From: Macrostomum lignano
Lineage: Eukaryota
DNA length: 31,032 nucleotides
Direction of reading: 5' to 3'
Assembly: GCA_002269645.1 (NCBI GenBank)
Contig: NIVC01001327.1
Span: forward strand, 59,494 to 90,525
In this document: piece after piece, positions 23,039-31,032 of the stretch
Position numbering within the stretch: the stretch's first letter is position 1
Layout: the number at the start of each line of letters is the position of its first letter
Notes under the pieces: generated by a model
What the model was told of the DNA's origin: nothing
Database searches by the model: none
The model's input: the letters and a program-made list of their open reading frames with translations, nothing else
Made by a program: the position numbers and the translations under genes

Positions 23039-23935
23039 GTGAGATTTTGATTCTATAGTGTGAGATTTTGATTCTGTAGAGTGAGATTTTGATTCTATAG
23101 AGTGAGATTTTGATACTATGGAGTGAGATTTTGATTCTATAGTGTGAGATTTTGATTCTATGGAGTGAGATTTTGATTCTATGGAGTGAGATTTAGATTC
23201 TATGGAGTGAGATTTTATTCTATAGAGTGAGACTTCGATTCGATCGACTAAGATTTTAATCCTGTAGAGTGAGATTTAGATTCTATGGAGTAGGATATCA
23301 ATTTGGATATCACAAGAGAGAGATTTGGATATCAAGATTGAGATTTGGATATCAGAGTGAGATTTTGATATCACAGAGTGAGATTTTGATATCACAGAGT
23401 GAGATTTTGATATCACAGAGTGAGATTTTGATATCACAGAGTGAGATTTTGATATCACAGAGTGAGATTTTGATATCACAGAGTGAGATTTTGATATCAC
23501 AGAGTGAGATTTTGATATCACAGAGTGAGATTTTGATATCACAGAGTGAGATTTTGATATCACGGAGTGAGATTTTGATATCACAGAGTGAGATTTGAGT
23601 GAGATTTCAAGAGTGAGATTTGGATATCAAAAGAGTGAGATTTGGATATCAAAAGAGTGAGATTTGGATATCAAAGAGTGAGATTTGGATATCAAAAGAG
23701 TGAGATTTGGATATCAAAAGAGTGAGATTTGGATATCAAAAGAGTGAGATTTGGATATCAAAAGAGTGAGATTTGGATATCAAAAGAGTGAGATTTGGAT
23801 ATCAAAAAAGTGAGATTTGGATATCAAAAGAGTAGTGAGATTTGGATATCAAAAGAGTAGTGAGATTTGGATATCAAAAGAGTAGTGAGATTTGGATATC
23901 AAAAGAGTAGTGAGATTTGGATATCAAAAGAGTGA
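23039..23935. repeat. 21/22/25-bp minisatellite with core GTGAGATTT(T/G)GAT, starting at the exon 4 donor
   Basis: Seen directly; unit variants occur in successive blocks. Confidence 0.95.
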
Positions 23936-24394
23936 AATCTTATAGTCAAGTAAGCTTTAGCTGAAAGCACTGCAGTATATTTATAACAGCTGCAGAGTTT
24001 AGTACATTTTCGGTATAGTTTTTTTATCGGGGTCTTTATCATCCCAGCTATTTGTTCCGATATGTCATATAATGCCACTCGAAGAAGCGCACACAGTTTG
24101 TTGCTTGCCCTTTTCCCAAGATCGGTTAATGCAGATTAATAGGGCCTAGTGGGTTATAAATGAAACTGGATATTGTAAATGTATATCTTATTGTATTGTA
24201 TGTGTTCCGGCTAGGGTCCACTGGCCCAATGCCGCCTCTATGTCTGATATTTCATCTTTTGATTAGAAATCCACTGGTCCACTGCGCACTGTCTCTCTGT
24301 CTGATTTATTTATTGCTGTTTGCTGCTACTAAGCTAGAAGAGAATGGTTTAGGATTGTGTAGGTTCATTTTCAGGACCTATGATCATCGTTAAA

Positions 24395-25070
24395 TCCTCA
24401 GCTTCCATCCCATCCTCAGCTCCTCAGACTCAGCTTCCGCCCCATCCTCAGGTCCTCAGACTCAGCTTCCGCCCCATCCTCAGCTCCTCAGACACTCAAC
24501 TTCCACCTCATACTTAGGTCGTCAGATCCTCAGCTTCCGCCCCAACCTCTTGTCTTCAATTCATCAGCTTCCGCCCCATCCTCAGCTCCTCAGACCCTCA
24601 ACTTCCACCCCATCCTTAGGTCTTCAGAATCTCAGCTTCCGCTCCATCCTTAGGTCTTCAGAATCTCAGCTTCCATCCCATCCTCATGTTTTCAGACTCT
24701 CAGCTTTCGCCCCATCCTCAGGTCCTCAGTCCCTCAGCTTCCGCTCCATCCTCAGGTCCTCAGAATCTCAGCTTCCGCCCCATCCTCAGCTCCTCAGACA
24801 CTCAACTTCCACCTCATACTTAGGTCGTCAGATCCTCAGCTTCCGCCCCAACCTCTTGTCTTCAATTCATCAGCTTCCGCCCCATCCTCAGGTCCTCAGA
24901 CACTCAACTTCCACCCCACACTTAGGTCGTCAGATCCTCAGCTTCCGCCCCAACCTCGTGTCTTCAATTCATCAGCTTCCGCCCCATCTTCAGGTTCTCA
25001 GACTCTTAACTTCCAGCCCATACTTAGGTCGTCAGATCCTCACCTTCCGCCCCATCCTCAGTCAGATTCT
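24395..25070. repeat. Composite CCTCAG/CTTCCGCCCCAT minisatellite with ~100-bp higher-order unit
   Basis: Block cacactcaacttccacc...ttaggtcgtcagatcctcagcttccgccccaacct recurs with small changes. Confidence 0.85.
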
Positions 25071-25177
25071 CCTCTTCCACATCATCATGAGCTTCCTTAT
25101 TTCTATATGTCCGAATTAGCCAGCATCCAAGCAACCTCATTAAATAAAATCTGCCACCCAAACTGCATCACTTCCAG

Positions 25178-25531
25178 GCGACGAGGAAGGCCAATGCCGC
25201 GCCCACGGCAATCTTGGCGCCGCCCACTTCGTCCAAGGCGACTTCGCCGAAGCTCTGGCGCATCAGAAACAACAGCTGCGTTGCGCGTTGAAGCTTCGCC
25301 AACGCGACACAGCGATTCACGCCCTGACTAATCTGGGACATCTGTACAGCGCCCTGGGAGATTTAACCAACGCGCTGTCAAGCCACCGGCAGTGCGCTCT
25401 GCTCTGCCATCAGAGCGACTTGCCGTTGCTTGAAGCTGCGGAAATTGGCAGCGTTGGCAGCGTCTATCTGGCTATGGAGAGCTGGACAATGCGCTAGAGT
25501 GCCACAGCGAACAGCTGCGATTGGCTAATAG
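25178..25531 (+). CDS. TTC28: TTC28-like exon 5, with apparent 1-nt deletion at ~25476
   Basis: ttccag acceptor; GDEEGQCRAHGNLGAAHF...ALTNLGHLYSALGD...; after ATG-GA the TPR continues in another frame (ELDNALECHSEQLRLAN); donor gtgag at 25532. Confidence 0.88.
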
Positions 25532-25894
25532 GTGAGATAAATGCTCGGTTGAAACTACTATTAGTAGGTTAAAATTTAGTACGTTTTTGATGTAACTAAA
25601 ATTAGCTGTATTTTTTGTAAAGTGATACCTGTTTGAAACTACTAATACTCGTAGTAGCTTAAATTGCTCTATTTTATCTTTTTATCGTAATTTCGTTAAA
25701 GGCTACTAATAGTAGCTTAAATTAATGAATATTTAATCTTTTCACAGTAGTTTCAATTAATCTATTATATTTTGCGATTATGCTTGCTTTGAGAGCTAAA
25801 CTACTTACGATTTGTAGCTTCTGTTAAGAATAAGATAGATTTAATAATTCGTCTGTGTTTTGTCTTCATTACTGATAATAATCATAGTAATAGT

Positions 25895-26140
25895 TGATTA
25901 CACCTGCCCTAATGGGGGCTGTGGTGGATGTGTGGCTGTGTACCATACCCTACGGCTGTTCAGTCCAAGGACTTTCCCCAGCTAATGCTGGCACCCATTT
26001 TACAGCTGGGTGAACTGAAGCAATGCAGAGTTGAGTGTCTTGCTCTCAAGGACACAAATTGTTCCTAGTGGGTCGCGAATCGAACAACCGACCTTTCAGC
26101 CGCGAGTCCCACGCTCCAACCTCTAGGCTACATACAACCC
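25895..26140 (-). mobile_element. tRNA-derived SINE with CORE-like domain (copy 1)
   Basis: Minus strand: A box TAGCCTAGAGG, B box GTTCGATTC, then body shared with the 28541 and 30586 copies. Confidence 0.8.
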
Positions 26141-26322
26141 CCCCCCTCCTGATAGATAAGGCTACCCTCATTTTGTGTATAATAAACGCTACTATTAGTA
26201 GTTTGATCATAGCGCTGTATGCTGGTAGTTTAAATGTGCTTTTGTATTTTCTCTGACTTTTTTTCTACTAAAAGTAGTATCATAGTCCTAAAAATGACAA
26301 TTTTTTAAATATTTCTTCCTAG

Positions 26323-26726
26323 ACTGGGCAGCCGGGAAGAGCGCTGCCGAGCCCTGCTTAACCTGGGCTCCGATCACCTGGCCAAACGCGAACCCGGTCA
26401 GGCCTGGCCACACCTGGAGGAGGCCCTGGCCCAGGCTCAGCAACTAGGCGACCCGCTTCTTCAGGGTCGCGCCTGCGGCGCCCTGGGCGCCTGTCATCGT
26501 CTAGACGGCGACCTTGCCGAATCGCGACGCATGCACGAGGCTCAGTTAAACTGCGCCCTACGCTGCGCAAATCGTGAGCTAGAGGCGGCCGCCTGCGGCT
26601 CCCTGGGTCTGGTCTATCAGCTTCTGGGCGACTACGAATCGGCTGTCAAATTGCATAAGGCGCATTTGAGACTGGCGGAACTGCTGCATGATAGGCCTGG
26701 GAGGGCCAAAGCTCTTGGAAATATCG
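26323..26726 (+). CDS. TTC28: TTC28-like exon 6
   Basis: ttcctag acceptor, phase 2; LGSREERCRALLNLGS...GSLGLVYQLLGDYESAVKLHKAHLRLAE...KALGNIG; donor gtaagt at 26727. Confidence 0.9.
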
Positions 26727-26749
26727 GTAAGTAACAAGTGCTAATCTAG

Positions 26750-27805
26750 AAATCCCGATTTCAAATCCACAAATCCCAATATTAAATCTTCAAATCCGAT
26801 TACAAATCTACAGATCCCGTTTTTTAATCTACAAATCCCGATTTCAAATCTACAAATCCCGATTTCAAATCTACAAATCCCAATTTCAAATCTACGAATC
26901 TCGATTTCAAATCTACAAATCCCGATTTCAAATCTACGAATCCCGATTTCTAATCTATAAATTCCGATTTCAAATCTACAAATATAATTTCAAAACTACA
27001 AATCCCGATTTAAAATCTACAAATCCCGATTTCAAATCTACAAATCCCGATTTCAAATCTACAAATCCCAATTTCAAATCTACGAATCTCGATTTCAAAT
27101 CTACAAATCCCGATTTCAAATCTACGAATCCCGATTTCTAATCTATAAATTCCGATTTCAAATCTACAAATATAATTTCAAAACTACAAATCCCGATTTA
27201 AAATCTACAAATCCCGATTTCAAATCTACAAATCCCGATTTCAAAACTACAAATCCCGATTTCAAATCTACAAATCCCGATTTCAAATCTACAAATCCCG
27301 AATTCAAATCTACAAATCCCGATTTCAAATCTACAAATCCCGAATTCAAATCTACAAATCCCGATTTCAAAACTACAAATCCCGATTTCAAATTACAAAT
27401 CCCGAATTCAAATCTACGAATCCCGATTTCTAATCTATAAATTCCGATTTCAAATCTACAAATATAATTTCAAAACTACAAATCTCGATTTAAAATCTAC
27501 AAATCCCGATTTCAAAACTACAAATCCCGATTTCAAATCTACAAATCCCGATTTCAAATCTACGAATCCCGATTTCTAATCTATAAATTCCGATTTCAAA
27601 TCTACAAATCCCGATTTCAAATCTACAAATCCCGATTTCAAATTGTAGATCCTGATTTCAAATCTACAAATCCCGATTTCAAATTGTAGATCCTGATTTC
27701 AAATCTACAAATCCCGATTTCAAATCTACAAATCCCGATTTCAAAATTACAAATCCCGATTTCAAATCTACAAATCCCGATTTCAAATCTACAAATCCCG
27801 ATTTC
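26750..27805. repeat. 21-bp minisatellite (AAATCCCGATTTCAAATCTAC)n filling almost all of intron 6
   Basis: Seen directly; 7-aa periodicity in the ORF track. Confidence 0.96.
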
Positions 27806-27830
27806 TAAACCCCCAAAACCCGGTTTGCAG

Positions 27831-28432
27831 GCTGCTCCTACTCAGCCATGCGCCAGCCAGACCTGGCCCTTCGCTACCACACCGAGGAGCTGGAACTGCT
27901 CCAGCAGTGCTACGATCGCCAATCCGAATGCGCCTGCCACGGTCGCCTCGGCGCCGCTTATCAATCGCTGAGACAGCCGGAACGGGCGGCCCACCATCTG
28001 CAGCTACAGCTGGACTTGGCTCGCGAGCTTCGAGCTAACAGCGGCGACCAACTGGCCAATCACCGGCTGCTAGCCAGAGCCCTGGAGTCCATGGCCGGAT
28101 TCCTGGCCAGCGGTCGGGGCGACTGTCAAGCCGCATTGGAACTGTGCTCAGAATGGCGCCGACTGTGCTCAGAGATCAACGACAGTCGGGGCGAGGCTGC
28201 CGCTTGTCACAGGCTCGGCTGCGTCTGTCACCAGCTGGGCAGGTGGCGAGAGGCCGAGACCTGGCATCGGGCTGAGCTGCAGCTGCTGCAGCGGCCGGTC
28301 TGTTCGTCATCCTGCTCGGCGATTTGGCGAGCCCGCTGCCAGCTGGGCCTGTGCCTTGGCGAGTTGGGCGACTGGCAGATGGCGGCCGAAGAGTTTCAAG
28401 AGTGCCTGCAGTTGGCTAGGGGCGATGAGCTG
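27831..28432 (+). CDS. TTC28: TTC28-like exon 7
   Basis: tttgcag acceptor, phase 1; TPR repeats (CSYSAMRQPDLALRYHTEEL..., HRLGCVCHQLGRW...); donor gtgagc at 28433, phase 0. Confidence 0.88.
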
Positions 28433-28540
28433 GTGAGCTACATACAAGCGCGCCAATACTGTACGCAGGCACTCATACACAGCTCACACAGGGTGTAAAC
28501 AGCGGCCCCTGACTTTCTAATCGTCAGACATGTGCACAGC

Positions 28541-28746
28541 GGGTTGTAGCCTTGTGGTTAGCGAGTCATACTCACGATTGATAGTTCGAGGTTCGATTCT
28601 TGACCCAATCGGAACAATTTGTGTCCTTGAGCAAGACGCTTAACTCTGCATTGCTTCAGTTCACCCAGCTGTAAAATGGGTGCCAGCATTAGCTGGGGTA
28701 ATTGAGGCTGTGGGTGACGACCCCCCAGTCCTTGGACTGTACAGCC
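28541..28746 (+). mobile_element. tRNA-derived SINE with CORE-like domain (copy 2, 3' truncated)
   Basis: A box TAGCCTTGTGG, B box GGTTCGATTC, TGTGTCCTTGAGCAAGACGCTTAAC...CAGCTGTAAAATGGG. Confidence 0.82.
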
Positions 28747-29174
28747 TATTAGTACGTTTAATTGCACGTTTGTGCTATGAGCAAGCTGCTGTCACCCACT
28801 TAAGGACTAGTAATACAAATATTGCTTGAATTAAACTTGTGCTAATGCGGCCAAGCCCAAGGAATCGAGCCTTGATCCATGTATCAAAAACTAAAACCAG
28901 ATTAACAACAATTTTGGGAATGCAGGTTCAAATTTTCATCGTATATATTGTTTCTTTTCATTTCGACGGGGTCAAAAACCACGTGAAGCTATTGTAGAAT
29001 CCACGGACCACAACCAAAACAGGTAAAAAAAACCCCACAATGCTCCTTAATATTCGGGTCAAAGTTAGAAATGTTCGGACCAACTACGAGTATTCAGTCT
29101 ATTCTTAAAGTATCTATTTCGATTGCACAGCCGGTTCAGCGGTCAGATCCAGCAGCTCCAAGCCTCCTCGCCTC

Positions 29175-29912
29175 TCAGGTCAGGCCGAACTTCACCCAGT
29201 CGGCGCTCCTCTCGATCGCCTTCTCCACCTGAGCGTCGGTGAAGTGCAGCAGGCGGCATTTCTTTTGTTTCTTATTGAACAGCACGTGCTGGCTGTCCTT
29301 CGATCTCATCGCCATGGCAACGCACTCGATAGCGCTGTCGATGTTGGTCAGGTCAGTGAAGCAGTACTCAGAGCTGGGATTGTAGCTGGACCGCTTGAAC
29401 GGAGTTCGCTTCCACTGGCCGTTGAGTTGAGCCGCAATCGGAGCAGCTGCAGCGAACTCGCACGCGAATCCGCGTTTGTAAGAGCAGGAGAGGTCGACGA
29501 GTTTAGCGCTGCTTGTATAGGTGGCTACGCAGTCCTGCTTACCGCCTTTATTGTTTGGGTCACCGTTGATCCACAGAGAGTCCTCGAGAGGCAGCTGGCC
29601 TCTGCCGAACACCGTCTGCCAGCCCTCCTTGCTGGCGTGTCTCTCATCTGCCAAGTCGGTCACTCCGAGCCAGTATTTCTTGCCGTTTTGAAAACTCGGC
29701 ATGCTGGGCAGCAGCTTCAGCAAGCTGTACGAGTTGATGAGCTCGCCTCCGATCGATGAGCACTGCCGATTGGCCTCGCACCAGGTGAAGCCCTGAGTTG
29801 TGCTCACGAATATGCACCTGCCGGCCTCAAGGTAGAAGGGAGCGGGGCACTGAGCCAGCACTGTCAGCAGCTGGCTGCCCAGCACCCACCAGAAACTGAT
29901 TTCGAATTTCAT
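29175..29912 (-). CDS. Secreted C-type lectin-domain protein with degenerate C-terminal PAN/apple-like module; intronless, nested in TTC28 intron 7
   Basis: ATG at 29912, hydrophobic signal-like N-terminus; CTLD pattern CP..F.....C....TW.EA..C...GG.L...YWLG...W..GDPNN....QDC...D..C.....ACE; C-terminal C...EC...LF......CRL. Confidence 0.85.
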   Translation of the reverse strand: MKFEISFWWVLGSQLLTVLAQCPAPFYLEAGRCIFVSTTQGFTWCEANRQCSSIGGELINSYSLLKLLPSMPSFQNGKKYWLGVTDLADERHASKEGWQTVFGRGQLPLEDSLWINGDPNNKGGKQDCVATYTSSAKLVDLSCSYKRGFACEFAAAAPIAAQLNGQWKRTPFKRSSYNPSSEYCFTDLTNIDSAIECVAMAMRSKDSQHVLFNKKQKKCRLLHFTDAQVEKAIERSADWVKFGLT

Positions 29913-30585
29913 CAAAATGGGCGAAATTCATTTTTTTGCCAGTGCAAAAAATTCCGAACTGCGATACCAGAGATTTTATTTCTTAAACTATCCGTCATCC
30001 TATTGCCTTAAGCAAACACGGTCTTTTGTCTCATTGTCTTTGCTGTTCGTTGTCTTTCTGTCTCCCGGACAAGTTCAGAAGTATACGAAGGACACGCGTC
30101 ATTGTTTAATGATTGCATCGCTAGCAATGGGCCGCTTGCATTCTAAAATTTGGAGACCTACACTTAGCAGTGAAGCAAAGTTGGCAGGCGTGTTTGAATC
30201 ATTGGCAGTTTTAGGTCGCCAATCATTCAAGTTGAAATTGACGCTGTGGCGTCAATGCTATGGAGTTCACCTTTTGACACATTGAGGCATCTCGTGCTCT
30301 CGACGCTTTTGACTGACAGACAGTCGTAGGCAGTTGTGAACCTTCGTTAAGAAAACAGTTTCTGCTGGAATTTTAGTTCGCAAGATGCCATCAGTCTGTC
30401 TCTTTTTTGCATTATTTTTGTTTTTGCAAAAACAATGAACATTGAGTAATAAATTACTGATTATTGAATTATTAGACTGCCTCGTGTTTCTGGAACTACC
30501 TAACAGACCTTGCAGACTTCCATCCAGCTCTGATTGGCTGCCTAGCAACTGATCATAAATGCTGTCTAATGAGCTATGTAATGTT

Positions 30586-30845
30586 CTGTATGCCTAGTGG
30601 TTAGAGCGTCATACTCACGATTGGTAGTTTGGGGGTTCGACCCATGTCCCACTCGGAACAATTTGTGTCCTTGAGCGAAACACTTAACACTTCAGTTTCT
30701 TCAGTTCACCCAGCTGTAAAATGGGTACCAGCATTAGCTGGGTAATTGAGGGTGCGTGTGGCGACCCCCCAGTCCTTGGACTGAACAGCCGTACGCAGTC
30801 TTCAGATGCGCCGCGCAATAGCCCATTAGGGCAGGTGTAATCAAT
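30586..30845 (+). mobile_element. tRNA-derived SINE with CORE-like domain (copy 3)
   Basis: A box TGCCTAGTGG, B box GGTTCGACCC, shared body, and 3' tail (CCCATTAGGGCAGGTGTAATCAA) shared with copy 1. Confidence 0.82.
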
Positions 30846-30900
30846 TGCTATTATCGTAATACTAATTTAATATATAATTTTGTCTCTTTTCCTTGCGCAG

Positions 30901-31032
30901 CAGCAGCAGCCAGATCTGGAGTTTCGCTCACTCGTCATCTGGCCGACGCCAGCATGTCTCTGGGTGACACGCGCCCAAGCGATGGAGCTTCGGGCTGAGC
31001 AGCTTCAGCTTGCCGCAATCGGCCTCGGCTAT
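30901..31032 (+). CDS. TTC28: TTC28-like exon 8 (truncated by window edge)
   Basis: Pyrimidine tract and gcgcag acceptor ending at 30900, phase 0; LEFRSL...QAMELRAEQLQLA fits the TPR pattern, with probable compensating indels. Confidence 0.75.

Noticed and set aside
28541-28620. tRNA gene at the SINE heads
   Set aside because: A/B boxes are present but I found no convincing cloverleaf, and the sequence continues into a shared SINE body in three copies.
29244-30548. ORFs 29244+, 29917+ and 30267-
   Set aside because: Antisense shadow of the lectin or short AT-rich frames without recognisable features.

Overview
Eukaryotic (metazoan) genomic DNA with GC-rich exons in AT-rich, satellite-filled introns. 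The style suggests a free-living flatworm such as Macrostomum, but that is inference only. Contents in order: (1) the last three exons of an unidentified Ser/Pro-rich gene (+; 84-448, 638-906, 1742-2229); (2) an AAMDC/Mth938-domain gene (-; 5621-6073); (3) a multi-exon TTC28-like TPR gene (+) from 9170 off the right edge, 8 exons traced by splice phase and homology; (4) in its 12.5-kb second intron, an apparently intact and very young Ty3/Gypsy (Mag-like) LTR retrotransposon (13896-18536, -) inserted in a (TCTA)n microsatellite, with a third LTR in a duplicated flank block and a candidate internal promoter plus alternative first exon (20199-20738); (5) a nested antisense intronless secreted C-type lectin/PAN-like gene in intron 7; (6) three tRNA-derived SINEs with a CORE-like domain; (7) many mini/microsatellites, which produce most long low-complexity ORFs in the track. 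The TTC28-like CDS has single-base indels at homopolymers (error or pseudogenisation). I found no clearly new biological system. The best leads are possible microsatellite targeting by the retrotransposon, the triple-LTR structure, the alternative first exon and a splice-donor-containing minisatellite.
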